Shown here: piece after piece, positions 38,128-51,148 of the stretch
Layout of the letters: each line of letters opens with the position of its first letter
Position numbering within the stretch: position 1 is the first letter of the stretch
Source: Felis catus
Lineage: Eukaryota
Length of the DNA stretch: 64,000 nt
Direction: 5' to 3'
Assembly: GCF_018350175.1 (NCBI RefSeq)
Contig: NC_058368.1
Location: 103,604,001-103,668,000 of the forward strand
Translations under genes and position numbers: made by a program
The notes under the pieces: model-generated
Told to the model about the DNA's origin: nothing
The model's database searches: none
What the model saw: the letters and a program-made list of their open reading frames with translations, nothing else

Positions 38128-39033
38128 ATATTAGCAAAAACAGTGAAAAGGAATATCATCCAGTGTTGTTAAGAATAAAGGAAAACAGGCACTCATATAT
38201 TTCTGAAGTATGTGTGAAAAGCTTAAAATAATTTTGTTAAAGAGTCTGGAAATCCCTACTTAAATAAACACACATAAATCTTTTGACCCGTGCATCTCAT
38301 TTTGGGAAAATTACACTACAAAAATAAAAATGTCAATATGTAAAGCTGTCTGTGCAAAGGTATTTATGGCAACATGGTTTTTAGAGGCAAAACCATACTA
38401 AAGCAAAAATCATAAGCAATCTGAAATCCCAGCAGTAAGGAAATGGTGAAATAAGTCATGATATGGTGATACTATAGAATATGATTCAGCTTTCAGAAAA
38501 GATGGATAAGTCCTGGCAATACTGTTAAGTAAAAAAAGAAAAGAAATTTCCAGAATAATAGTTGTGTACCCATATATACATCACAAAGTACTTCTGCAGA
38601 AAACCCTGAAAGTTCTGTAGATTGAGACAGTAAAGGCTTAAATCTTTCTCACCCAAAACCTATGCCAACCAGGAGGTTTTCTCCATCTCAAAGTTATGCC
38701 ACCCAGAACCTGGAGCTTCTAAGGTTGCCACAGCAGGGTCTCAGTCCCAAAGTGACACATCACTTCCACTCAGATTTAATTGGCTAGCACTTATCACATG
38801 AACCTTACTAATATCAAGAGAGAGGCCAGGAAATGCAGAGGATTTTCAGTGAGAACTGATTGTCTCTCCAAAAGTATGTATTTGTATAGTTTAGCATGAG
38901 CACATCAAATTGGTAATATAGTTGCTATCGAAGAGAGGTAATAGGGAGGTAGGATGATAAAGATTATGAACATTTCTACCTATAAAATTTAACTTGGAAC
39001 AAAAGCATGTACCACTTTTATATTTGAAAGAAA
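38128..39033 (+). mobile_element. Ancient L1ME-type 3' region, interrupted by an MLT1 fragment (about 38700-38870)
   Basis: GGAAAACAGGCACTCATA, CTTTTGACCC, AGGAAATGGTGAAATAAG; MLT1 CACTTCCACTCAGATTTAATTGGCTAGCACTTATCACATG. Confidence 0.7.
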
Positions 39034-39520
39034 ACTGTATTCAAATCAGGGATGTTTGTATACACAATCACCTCAACACCATACACACGTAAATCTACAG
39101 ATAAAGTAGATTACTGATCTGCAATGGAATCAGCTAAGCGGGAGAGTTTGAATGTAAGAGAAAGAAAAGGAAGTCAGCCATCGTGTTGCAGGTTCCTGAG
39201 ATGGTAAGAGGGGATGGGACACAGTACACAGGCTAAAGAACTGATCTTAACAAAAGAAAAGGAAACTCTTTTATAGTAATAGGAGGTAACAAGTATAGAA
39301 GGGCTACAGTCAGAGGTAAGCTTGCATCTTTGATGTCTACCACGTGAGAAATATCTCTCACATTGCTCTTGTATTCTCTGTAAAAAGAAGTCAAGCTTTT
39401 CTGATGAGTGGGAAGAAGTCAATGGTTTGTAGGTGGACTAGATGAGTCTGAAATAAGGGTTGTAGAGGAAGGATGGAAAATGAGTTGGCCAGAGAAGCCT
39501 ATTAGTGATACCAGTCACAA

Positions 39521-40160
39521 TGTAAACAGACACAAACGTACCTCCCCAAATTTCATCAACAGCTTCCCTCTTTCAGCACTTACCACTTGCCTCCAAGACC
39601 ACTACTCTACTGCCACTGTAGAGCCTCTGTGCTGGCTACAGTTCCCACTGAAACCCAAGGTCAACTCTACAGTTGGTACACCTCACGCATTATGCAGTCC
39701 ATGCTGTTACCCCTCATTTTCTAGGTGTGGGTAAAATAATATACTGCGAGGGTAGAGTCTGGCTTCAAGAGCATCCACCAAGGAGCCAGGTGGATAAGCC
39801 AAAGTTCAGGTTAATTATCTCTGGTAATGTGAAACATGACCAATGGGAAACAAGAGACAGGATGGGGCCAGGCAGATGAATCCCACTTCTTTTTTTTTCT
39901 TCCATTTACCACCAAATGTGCAGTTCCTATTTGAAGCACATATCAAGCAAACATGCCTGCTGTGTCTCTTCAAAACTTATCATGAAGTGGGAGCCAGTGC
40001 GATGGTATATCACATTTTATTGCTCTGTAGGTATTTCGTTTGTTGGCTTTTCATTAACCCGTTTTTACCTCAGCTTGACTAGCACAAAAAAAAAAAAAAA
40101 ATCTGTGCCTTTACCTTTACTTAGACTCAGCCTTTTATAAGATCTGAACTAAAAAAAAAC
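39521..40160 (+). mobile_element. ERVL-class (LTR16-like) 5' LTR
   Basis: Starts TGTAAACAGACAC; contains GACCAATGGGAAACAAGAGACAGGA; similar to 41842-42410. Confidence 0.6.
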
Positions 40161-41265
40161 TGGTGCAGGAAATGGCTCCAGAAAGGATGTTCAGGATGGG
40201 AACTTGGTACGAAACCAACAGAGACCATATCGGTGGGAATTGGGGTGGTACTTAAGCTTCCACCTGTGATTAATAGGAAGGAAGTGTACATAGAAAGCAA
40301 GCATTGGGAAATCATTGGCTGTGGCACTTAATCAGTATGCAAAATATGCTAATAAAAAATGTGCATTAGAATAACAACGCTAGAGACCATGCAAGAAGAA
40401 ATGGTGGGTGTAGTGCTATCCCACCCACCTCCAAAAAGGAGCATGTTTTAAAAGCCAAATTACCTGGGGTGCCTGGGTGGCTCCATAGGTTAAGCATCTG
40501 ACTTCGGCTCAGGTCATGATCTCATGGTTCGTGGGTTCAAACCCCGTGTCAGGCTCTGTGCTGACAGCTCAGAGCTTGGAGGCTCTTTCAGGTTCTGTGT
40601 CTCCCTCTCTCTCTGCCCCTCCACTGCTCATGCTCTGTCTCTTTCTGTCTCAAAAATAAATAGACATTTAAAAAAAATTAAAACAAAAAAGCCAAATTAC
40701 CTGAGTGGTAGCTTTAAGGGACACCCTTATCTTTGTATCGGCAGCAGACTGTACTAAAAAGCAATTCCAGGATCTGGTTAATGGGTGACAGAACTATAAT
40801 GGACACTAAATGTGCAGCTTTCAGAGGTCTTACTTTATAGTCAACACAGCGGGAAAGAAACAGAGGGACAATGAGATCTTCGATAGGAAAATTTTGGTGA
40901 ATGACCCCAAAATCTCGAAAGCCCAAATCATACTGAACCATCTTTGCTAGGAAAAGTAGCCCCTTCCCTAGAAACTGAATCATGAACTGACTTCAAGCAG
41001 ATGCCTTACAGAATGAGGAATGTTATCTCAAAGCATGGACCCACCATTCCTTTTTGCCAACTGTGGGGACCAGAGCTTTATTTCACTGACTCTCTTTGCT
41101 CAGTCATCCAGGAGATGAAGACTAAACACTGCCTTGAAAGGGTCTCTGTGACTGATGGGACTCTTCGGGAGAGGAGCAAGGGCATCTCCAGTCTCACACA
41201 CAAAATATAAGAGACCTGGATTCAATAAAGGATCTAAGAAGTTCATGGAGGTGCAAGTGGTAGAC
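40161..41265 (+). mobile_element. ERVL internal remnant (leader + degenerate gag), SINE-interrupted
   Basis: TGGTGCAGGAAATGGCTCCAGAAAG leader after LTR; my translation near 40850-40970 gives GKKQRDNEIFDRKILVNDP then (frameshift) LESPNHTEPSLLGKVAP, resembling ERVL gag GKEWDPETW.GDIW...LEPPNS.EPSLP. Confidence 0.6.
40466..40686 (+). mobile_element. Can-SINE
   Basis: Perfect TSD AAAAGCCAAATTACCTG at 40450-40466 and 40687-40703. Confidence 0.96.
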
Positions 41266-42410
41266 TGTAGTGTACAAAAACCTCGTTCCCCTCTGCATCA
41301 GTCAGGGTTTCATAAAGAAATAACTGCGAAGTTGTATTTGACTTTATGCAGTAATGGACACTGGTAAAACACCCTGTGAAACTGCTATCTTGATGTCTGA
41401 TGTTGGAACTTGAGGTCAGGCAATGGAGAAGGAAGACGGATGCAAAATGGAGACAGCAGGAGAAACTGAAACCCATCGGGACAATCTAAAACCTAACCTT
41501 GATGGAGTCAGTGTCCTTCAGGAGAAGCCCATGCCTTTCATCATGGAACTAAACACACCCACTTGGCCAAGAAGTGAAAGCGAAGGAAAATTCATAGGAT
41601 GCTAGGATAGTTGCATGCAGGGAGTTGAGCCAGCAGCTAAGCAACAACATATGTGAGCTGTAACAAAAAAGGTCCTGCCCCAACCTTCTGAGGGTAAAAT
41701 ATAAAATGGCTGGTGCTTTACTTCTTTTATATCTCATGTGAAAATGTCCTTTGTGGCCCACCTAAAAGGATATCTAAAGGAAGAGGAATTCTGGGAAACA
41801 CACTCAAACTAGCCAACTTGACACATTACAGCGCCACCATAACCCCCTTAAGTTCCTTTGATTATTACTTTTTCTAGGAAGGACTACTTCCCTCCTGTAC
41901 TATGCCATACCCACTGCTGTTGCCTGTGACAACTTTCCCACAGTAGATTCTGTGTACTGGGCCTATGTGGTTCCCCATCCCACACACTGAGCTATCCATT
42001 TCAAGCCACCTTTCCACTTCTAGCCTTGAGTAAAATGCCACACCCTAGGGCTTCTCGAATATCCACCAATGGGCAAGCACATGCACCCCAGAAGGGCATG
42101 GGAAATGGGAGACAAGAAGGAACTCGATGTTACACTTCGCCTCGTTTCTCCCTTCCACAGACTACTTGAGATGCAGATCTTCTTTAGAACCCAACCACAG
42201 AAATTCCCTGCCTCCTGAGAGAACAGGCCTACTGAGTGACATACTTCACAGCCGACGTGAAGCAGGCAGGCAACATATTACTCGTCCCATTGTGTTGTTT
42301 TACGTTTGTTGAGGCCTCACTCCCCATCTTTTAAATCCTCACCATCATCCCCATTAAGAACAGCATATTAATCCTTGCCTCAAGCTCTGCGCTCTAGAAA
42401 ATCCGGGGGG
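41266..42410 (+). mobile_element. ERVL-class (LTR16-like) 3' LTR, split by another LTR
   Basis: TGTAGTG after purine-rich GCAAGTGGTAGAC; ends AATCCTTGCCTCAAGCTCTGCGCTCTAGAAAATCC, typical of LTR16-family U5. Confidence 0.6.
41294..41841 (-). mobile_element. Solo ERVL/MaLR-class LTR in opposite orientation
   Basis: TGCATCAGTCAGGGTTT...GGAATTCTGGGAAA...TAGCCAACTTGACACAT...CCACCATA termini. Confidence 0.7.
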
Positions 42411-43049
42411 AAAAATACCGGGAAATTTGAAGACCGATCTGAGGCTGGGGGTAATGAATATAGAGCAAAAATTATCTGCTTTACTTTCGTGATTCCTAAG
42501 TTCCACCTCCTTGATCAAGTATAAACACAGAAAAAGACTGGTTCATCCAGAGCTGAGTTTTATGAAAAGACTTAATGAAAGAAAAGACAAATAGACCACA
42601 TCTCGTACTTGTTATTTTAGGCAGAATTTTTTTTATTACACCCTTTCCAAATGTTCTGTTAATAAAAACAAGTTTTTATGGAGGAAGAAGCGTAGGACAT
42701 TCTGGCCTTCCTAAGAATCTAGGGAGCAACATGGATATGATGGACCCTTAATAAAGAGAAGGAAACACTGTTGGGGAGGGTTCTAAGGATGAATCAAGGG
42801 TTTTTAAAACTTTCTGCTTCCCCATTGTTTTGCCCAGGATAAATCTGAGTGTTAGCACAAGCATACTATGGATTTTTATTGTTTTAACACTTAACCTGCC
42901 TTCTGATTATAAGCAGAACACTTCTGGAAGATTCACTAGGATTTTCACCTCCAAAACTGCCATTGTGATATGTAACTGCCTATATGAGGTGAAGAGGGCC
43001 TATTTACAGACAATAGGAGAAATAGTGAAAGCACTCTTCTCTATATTTC

Positions 43050-43308
43050 AATGAAATCAACATTTATCGAGCATTCCTTATAGGCACATATAACAGATAG
43101 CACTGAGTACATAAAACTGAATCAGGACTGTAATTTCAATAAAATGTGGTGATGAGTGCTGTAAAAGAAGAAAACATGAAGGGCTATGACATGAAAAGCA
43201 TCTAATCCTGGGACTATGAGATGACTTCTGGAAGAAATGACAACTACCTGAGGTTTGAAGGGTAATTAGGGGTTATCCAGGCAAAGGAGGGAAGAGGAAT
43301 GTTTCAAA
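43050..43308 (-). mobile_element. L2 3' fragment
   Basis: CAACATTTATCGAGCATTCCT...GACTTCTGGAAGAAATGACA...GAGGTTTGAAGG. Confidence 0.7.
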
Positions 43309-44765
43309 ATGACCTTTGATGTGTATTTATCACACCACTTATTATGTAGTTAAATACGCTCCAAGAAAAAAAGTCTTACACATCACCTCTCAAACCTCAT
43401 TTCTTTACCAGCTTTACTCCTCAAAACAAAGGGACCAAAGGGAACAATTCCTTCATTTGACTTGGACATAAAGATGCTGTCACAGAGAAAAAAGTAACCA
43501 AACTTGAAGCTTTTCAAAACCTGGAATGGATTTTAAATTTACATAAATGTATTAATATTCTAGTCGGAGCTGCTTTTCACAGATGTAGAGGTATCTTCTT
43601 TTTTTTTTTTTTTTTCCACGTACACTTATTTGTAGCTCAAGTAATTTCAGTAGCTAAATGTACGTCTGGAACCTCATGAGGTGATATGAAAGGCAGAGAG
43701 AAACACTGACAAAGAGCGAATGATTTTCACTTATTTACATATTGAAAAGAGTTTGCTTCAGGATTCCTGGTATATTATCAGCACTAAGTTCTTTTTTCTC
43801 TCTCTCTCTCAAAAGAATGAGGTCTCCTTCTGAGTCAAACAATAACATCAGCCCAAGCCGCTGCTCAAGACAACAAGGCACTTCCCACAATGCAACTGGA
43901 AATTTACCTGCCCCAGTACCTGAGCACAGTTAATGACAGAAGAGACAAAGGAAGCCAGCATTGTGCTATCTTCTGTTCCTGAAAGCTGATTATTACAAGT
44001 TATATAAAACCAACTTGGTGAGATATGTCTTTTGTCTATTATTTTTGCCCATATTCATTTTCTTTTCGGGTCTTCATTTGAGTCTGGAAGATGAACTATT
44101 AACAAGCCACATTTCTCCATTCACTTTTACAATATTTTTTTTCTAATTTCTGCCAGAACATCCACGCAGGCAATTAAATGAATACCTCTTAACCTTTTTT
44201 GAAATACATCTGAACTATGCAGAAATTTTAAAAACCTGTAAACCATAGCAGGTTAAAACCTCAGGCAAGTCCTTGACCTAAGAAAGATTATTCGGCTTTC
44301 TACACGTTAGATCATTCCTTTTCCTGCCTCTTTCTCCTTCTGTTTGATATATTTTTCCAGTGAGTCTTTGAAGTATCTAGTCTAGGAAAAGATATGGTTA
44401 GTGGATGCCAGCTACTCTTGGCACGGCAAGAGGGTAAGAGAGTGTTCACTGCATCTTCTCAGAGCCCACACCTTCGTGATCAAAAGTTAAATGGGAGTTC
44501 CAGGCTTTCCAGACATTCTTACCAAACTCCTTTCACACCCAAATACCAAATCCTTTCCATCATTATACTCATCAGACACTTTATTGCTGTTCACATCACA
44601 GCAACACTAGCTTAACACTAGTGTGTAAGCAACACTAGCTTAAAACCCATCCCATCAGACTCTCCACTACCCTTCATTCTTCTGAGAGCCCCAAGGTCAT
44701 TCTTCCTAGTACCTGAAGATTTTATCTACTGCTCACTGGCACCCTCTCTGTTACTACGTTTTAAG

Positions 44766-44871
44766 GAACTATGGCCCCAGTTTCACTTGTTGTTCTGTGG
44801 TAATTTTGAGTAGACCCACATTTTACTCTCAAAAGTGTTCCCATTTGGCCAATCAATTGTAGAGTTGCCTT
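44766..44871 (-). mobile_element. MER94-like (hAT-Blackjack) MITE
   Basis: TTTTACTCTCAAAAGTGTTCCCATTTGG..AATCAATTGTAGAGTTGCCTT resembles the MER94 reverse strand. Confidence 0.65.
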
Positions 44872-45720
44872 GGTCATATTTACTGGTGTTTGTGCCAGGC
44901 AAATAGATGATTCCTTCAATTTCCAAACTCTTTTGACTTCTTATTTCCTCTCCTTTGATGAAATTGTCCTACAGCCTGCCTTGATTATTCATTCCCACAA
45001 CCCAACCCTAAATCTTGTCATTATCAAACACTAAACCCCCTCCTCCCAAATTTTAATCTCAGTCTTGCTATTTTCTAACCATTCCTATCTTTTCAAGTCA
45101 CGTACATTATTACACCAATCACAACAATTCTTTCTCCCCATCACTGCTCACAATTCTTTGCTTCTATGGTCTTTTCCTTTTACCTTACTCCCTCACTTCT
45201 CCACATATACAGCCAACTCTAGTAAGTCATTAAAATCCCTCCACCGCATGTGTCCCCAGTTCTTGAGTTTTGCTCAAGCTTTTTCTTATTCCCTTGGCTA
45301 GACCAAAACCTTTGTTTAATCTCAGTTAAACCTAACCTTAAGTTCAATTTTCTGCCTACTTTATACTTGTACCTAAGTAGGTGAGTGAGGTAAGAAGCTG
45401 AGGACAGACGCGCACACACACACACACACACCCCATACACATTAACATACACATACTCACACACCTTCACACGTCATTACTGTTACCATGCTAACTGTAG
45501 TTACTTTAATTTGTCATCACTTTAAATGGATCCCAATACTGACTGAAAATTTTACTCTATTTCCTCAGACCATTCACTTGCCCACTCACCTAGATGACTC
45601 CATACAGTCTCCCCTGTACTCAAGTTTTGAAATTCTCCTCCTTCATCCTCTCCCTCTCAGCTGATGAACTCGCTTCCCATTTCAATGAGAGAAAAGAAAT
45701 AATCAAAAGTGAACTTCCAT

Positions 45721-45921
45721 GGGGTGTCTGGGTGGCTCAGTCAGTTAAGCATATGACTTGACTTAGTTCAGGTCACAATCTCATGGTTCATAGGATTGAG
45801 CCCCACATTGGATTCTGCACTGACAGCACAGAGCCTGTTTGGGATTCTCTCTCCCCCTCAAACTCTGTCTCTCCCCTCACTCTCTCTCTCCCTCTCTCAA
45901 AATGAATAAATAAATATTTTT
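45721..45921 (+). mobile_element. Can-SINE in L2
   Basis: TSD AAAAGTGAACTTC at 45705-45717 and 45922-45934. Confidence 0.94.
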
Positions 45922-48434
45922 AAAAGTGAACTTCTGCAAGTTCTACTGGCTCCCTGCATTTATGCCCAAATACACTGCCTTCTCTCTCTCTCTCTTTCTC
46001 TCTCCCTCTCTCTGTTTTTTTTTTTTAATTTTACAAGCTCTAGAAAAGGCCAACCTTTTAATTATCTGTTAATCTCACCCAGTGGCCAATAATACCAGAT
46101 CTCACCTTTTCTCCTAAGTAGAGAAGAGACACAGGGAAAAAAATAATATTTTAAGAAATACAGGATAAACTGAATGTGAATGTGACAGGAGTCACAAAAA
46201 GCATCTGTCTGCTACAGTAGTGATTCCAACTCTGTACTCAGAAACTAGAGAATGACTCACAAGATGACTTTGGAATCCAAGTGGACCTCCTAGAGATAGA
46301 ATCAAGCCAAAATAGGAGACTAGGTTGGTTACTTTATTGTTTGTTAGTTTCTATTCATCTAGCTTTCCCACACTCAGTTAAATAGCGTAAAGATTCATGT
46401 GGTTTAGATTATTTAGTTTACCAGACTAGTTTTGCTGTCGATTATGGTAACTAGCTCTCTTTGCTTTTAACAGTTGAGCTATTAACTTAACTATTAACTA
46501 AATTGCTTCTTGGCCTTTGCCATCCCCTGGGTTTTTCCTTTCCATCAAAATCATAGAGCCCATTTAAATTGCAGTGTTCCAACCAGCACTCCCATAGTAG
46601 ACAGAAAAGCCAACACAGCTCTTTCTAAAGATGTTGGTGCTGTTATGATCGACGTACTTATCAAGGCTCTCGAGCAGGAAATGCTGCAAGGCCCACTCAG
46701 CAATGAGCAGGTGCTACATGATAAATCCACACCAGGAATTCTTGCTTCCAGAATATATTACAGTAGAAAACCAAAATTTCATACGGTGTTAAAAAACTAA
46801 ACTATTTGTCGTGTGTCAGTTGTATTTTCAAAAATAAATGAGTGCATTATTAGTGCATACTAGTTCAAATAATTATCACAAATCAGGGAGGCCATATTCA
46901 GTGAGTTAATTTTCACAAAGTTAATGAGCAAATTTAAGCTACTCAAATAGAGGAATGAAAAAAAAACATAATTCTTTACAACACACATTTTTAACCAATG
47001 TAGTGTTCTATAACAAATATAAATTAGTTGAAAACTAATAAGTTAGCAGTCCTTGGAAAGTAACCATTAAAATAGTTTCCAAATATTACAAAGAAATCCT
47101 CTTGCTTTTTTTAGTAAACAAGCATAAACATTCAATTTCATCACGACTAGAAAGAGAGTGAATACGAATTTAACTCAAGTTTTATAAGGCACAGTTAATA
47201 CCTAATCTCCAAATTTCTCCCTTACCAAAAGTAATGACTTCTCTGTCCTCAAAAGCACTTGTGTCAATCATTTAGCTAATGTTTTTCATTAAGTATCTTT
47301 GAAATGTGTGATCCAAGTTTTCAACTAGAATTTTAAATAAGATGATCTACGGTTTTTAGTAATTTTACAAAAAATGAATTTCTGGCAATTTCCTTTAGTG
47401 AGGGGTACCAGCATTCCATCCACCAGCACAGCAAATGGCTCCCTGAGCTACCCTACTGAGTCACAATTCTAGCCTGTGTATGTATACACTGCTCAATTCA
47501 GCCTGATCTAAAATGTTTCTTTCTTCTTGGATGTGAACCTTCAGAATTCATATCCCATATATTCCGTAGATTTTTGTTGCTACATTCCCAGAGTCAATTC
47601 TTTTTGTTGTTGTTGTTGTTAGTTTCTCACTTCTCCGAGATTTGATTTTACAACTGGCGCCCTAGGTCCTGTTGGGATCTGACTCTACCTATACGTCTGG
47701 TTGTTTGGAGGGAAGTAGGCATGAGGAGAAGTGGACTCCTTTTGCAAGTGAACTCCCATAGATGAAGGAGGTATAATATCTTTAAGCAAGAGAGGATATC
47801 CTTCATCAAACAAGGGGAGAGATGTGGTGAAGTGACCCACAAAGCTCAGGGGGGATGAGAGCCCTTCAGTTATTCTAATTGATCCTCAGCTAAATTGTGG
47901 AGGACTACTCTTACCTAATGAAAACTCTAACATTCACTAGAGTGACCTGGTGAAGCTGTGATTCAAGTAACAGTGTATTTCAGCAACACATTTTTAGCTT
48001 GAATTGGGTCACCTTAGCTCTGTAACTAACAGATAAGTTCTCGTCAACAGAGTCATGGTAAATCTCTTGTTTTCAGTGCATCCCTGTGACAAGAATTTGT
48101 GGATGTGAGTTTGGTAACTCTTACTTGATAAGCTGTGCAGCATTATCAGAAGTATCTATTGCTGTTTATTGCGTGATGTGGCCACAGTACCCTGATCCCT
48201 CCAAACTTTGACCTCAGTAAGCACTTCATTCAAGGTGACTGCTGATGATAATTTAATTAACTTCTTGGCCACTGCTGGGAGCGAGCCTCCAGTATATCAC
48301 TACGGGATGTTAATGGGATGTTCATGACCTTTTACCAAACCCAGAAGAGATGACCTATCCCAGATTCTCTGCAATCTCAATTTTCCTGAGGGAATTTAAC
48401 CTGAAACCCAATCTTTTGTGCTGAAATCTATCCA

Positions 48435-48810
48435 CCCCGTGCTCTTGATTGCAAGAAAGACAACAAACTCTGGTGAAATTAAATAGAAAAGGAACTTGTT
48501 ATAAGGGGAACAGGTACGTCACGGGATCAGTGAAGATGCCTGGAACACACGGGCTTAGATGGCAGGCAGTGCGGTGTCTAAGGAAGGCTAGAGGGTGGAA
48601 CACAGCCAAGGACACATACAGAATAAACACAGCTATGCCTCTGGCGGAGCCACCACTTGAGACACGCACCACCACAGTTGCTTGAACTTGGCGCCTCCTT
48701 TACGAACTCCTCAAATTTCCTTAACTATTTGAATGATTCCCTTAGGAGTCAAAGTCCTGGGTGGGAGCATGCAACTAGACAAGCTCATCACAAGTCTCCT
48801 TCTGAGGCTG
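48435..48810 (-). mobile_element. Old MaLR (MLT1L/M/N-like) LTR
   Basis: CTCTTGATTGCAAGAAAGACAACAAACTCTGG..AAATAGAAAAGGAAC and TCAAAGTCCTGGGTGGGAGCAT motifs. Confidence 0.6.
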
Positions 48811-49566
48811 AAATGATCATCTCTTAAATACAAAGGTATATGGACATCGTCTTACCACAAAAAGGCAAATTTGTATTTACGCTAGCAAGAAGCAGAAACA
48901 AAATATATTCGATACTACCTTGTTCCGTATAGAGTGAAAAACTAAAATGTGCTTGAGTACATGTGCAACAAAACGTACAGATCATTTGTGAGGAAAACAA
49001 CAAAATTTTACTGAATGACATAAAATAAGATACGAACAAATAACGAGCTAGACCATATCCTGAGAAGGGAAAATCGTCAGTAGAAAAAAAACCCTAAACT
49101 TTTATTTATCATTACATTCATATAAATCACAACAAATTTTTTCATTTCTCTCCATTGACCTTAGTGAGCCGATTCTGTAATTACACAAGGAAAAGTGGAA
49201 GAACAGCCAGGACAATTTTGAAAAATAAACTAGTGGCAAACACTAAAAACACTAAAAGTAGTTATAAAGGTATAAAAAATAAAACGGTATCATATTAGCC
49301 CAAAATATCAAGTTAATAGCAAGCAAATGAGTAGGACAGAAAACAGGTCCGAGATTCTTATGTACATATGGAAATATAAGGTCTAATAAGAGTATTGTTT
49401 CAAATTAGTGGAAAAGATAAATACTTGATAAATTTGCTGACAATTTGGAAAAAATTGTTAGATCCTTATCTCGCACCATTTATAAAAATAAATTCTACTT
49501 AAATTAAACATTTTAAAATAACATAGAAAAAGAAATATATTTTTACATGTCTTAAAAAAGTTCTCA

Positions 49567-49757
49567 GGGTGCTGGGTTGGTTCAGTCAGTTGAGGGTCCA
49601 ACTCTTGATTTTGTCTCAGGGCATGATCCCAGGGTTGTGGGACTGAGCTCCAGTTTGAGCTCCGCACTGAACATGGAAACTGCTTAAAATTCTCCTCTCT
49701 CCCCTTTGCCCCCCTCCTTTGATCACACTCTCTCTTTCTCTCTCTCTCTGTATCCCA

Positions 49758-49812
<55 letters not shown>

Positions 49813-49813
49813 A
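49567..49813 (+). mobile_element. Can-SINE with long (AAAT)n tail
   Basis: SINE head; (AAAT)n at about 49758-49813. Confidence 0.92.
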
Positions 49814-49819
49814 ATTTTA

Positions 49820-50002
49820 AAAGACAGACAGAACACACGCAGGGGAGGGGCAGAGGAAGAGAGGGAGACACAGAATCTGAAGTAGGCTCCAGGCTCTGAG
49901 CCATCAGCCCAAAGCCTGATGCGGGGCTCAAACTCATGGGCCACGAGATCGTGACCTGAGCTGAAGTTGGACGCTTAACTGACTGAGCCACCCAGGCACC
50001 CC
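49820..50002 (-). mobile_element. Can-SINE, tail-to-tail with the previous copy
   Basis: Reverse SINE body ending CCACCCAGGCACCCC; its own T-tail is not adjacent. Confidence 0.93.
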
Positions 50003-50206
50003 GAAAAATATAAAAAGTGCATACATAAAGAGCAATGAACCCAACAAATGGGAAAAATATATGAGGAGGAAATTCAGAAAAGAGAAAAATTTCAAATGTT
50101 TAATAGAACATATAAAAGATGCTTAATAAAATATAAACAAACAAATAAATAAATATGCTTAATCTCCTTAAAAACAAAATAAGAAAACAACATGATACCA
50201 TTTCTT

Positions 50207-50399
50207 TTTTTTTTTTAATGTTTATTTTGAGATTGTAAGTGGGGGAGGGTCAGAGAAAGAGGGAGACACAGGATCCGAAGCAGGTTCCAGGCTCCGAGCT
50301 GTCAGCACAGTTCCTGATGCAGGGATAGAACCCACAAACCACAAGATCATGACCTGAGCCGAAGTGGGAGTCTTAGCTGACTCAGCCACCCTGGCATCC
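50207..50399 (-). mobile_element. Can-SINE
   Basis: TSD CAACA(T/G)GATACCATTTCTT at 50188-50206 and 50400-50418. Confidence 0.95.
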
Positions 50400-51148
50400 C
50401 AACAGGATACCATTTCTTACCTGCTACTTTGCAAAAATTAAAATGTTGTTAAGGATGTGGGGAATGAAGACCCTCACATCATCCTCATAATAATATAAAT
50501 ATATGCAACATTATGAAGGCATATTTGATAATATCTTTTAAAATTTTTAAGCGTAAATCTCTAGAAAATCGGCGTTTTGTATCAGCTCTAGTGAAACACT
50601 GATTTATATGCACAAAAGAATATAAGCAAAGATATTTATTAAATCAATGTTTATAACAGCAAAAAATGAAAGCAATCTCAATGCTTTATTCAGCAGAATT
50701 ACTAAATATATCAGAGGACATGTTTGGTAGCATTAAACGGTAGCAGATAAGCTATTGAGTGAAAAAAAAAACCAAACTGCGAAAGAATACATATAGTATT
50801 GATATATTTATACTAAAATAAAACCATATAGAACATAAAATCGTATTTCTATGTATTAAATCATGTAAGTTGAGAAACCATTCATTGAGTTGATACAATA
50901 CAATGATTGCTTCTAGAGAGGACAGTGGAACTATACATGATTGTTAAGGGGTGCTTTCAATTTATTTCTGATATTTTAATATACCTAAAATGATAACATT
51001 CATTTATTACCTTAGAATCTAAAACTAATATTAAATTTTGAAAGTTTTCCTGTTGATTTAATTGCTGAAGAAAATAACAAAATTTATTAATACAATTACA
51101 CTACAGTCACCAAGTACATCTGCTTTTACGTATGTAAAGATATGAGCT

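Larger units (their letters stand above)
44560..45985 (+). mobile_element. L2 internal (endonuclease-region) remnant with nested MER94, microsatellite and SINE
   Basis: Pyrimidine-rich; ACCCTAAATCTTGTCATTATC (TLDLVI-like) and TTTTCTAACCATTCC (SDH-like) motifs; CTCTCAGCTGATGAACTCGCTTCCCATTTCAATGAGA. Confidence 0.7.
48880..51040 (+). mobile_element. Ancient L1ME-type ORF2/3'UTR remnant with three SINE insertions
   Basis: AAAATTTTACTGAATGACATAAAA, AGCCAGGACAATTTTGAAAAA, AGATCCTTATCTCGCACCAT, GATACCATTTCTTACCT, AATGTTTATAACAGCAAAAAA. Confidence 0.75.

Noticed and set aside
47649..47670. PBS-like ACAACTGGCGCCC
   Set aside because: Only 8 nt match a tRNA-Lys-type PBS, and I could not define an LTR or gag around it; a Dfam Gypsy/ERV search could revisit this.
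49458..49991. Longest ORF (177 aa)
   Set aside because: Read-through of two SINEs and (TTTA)n.
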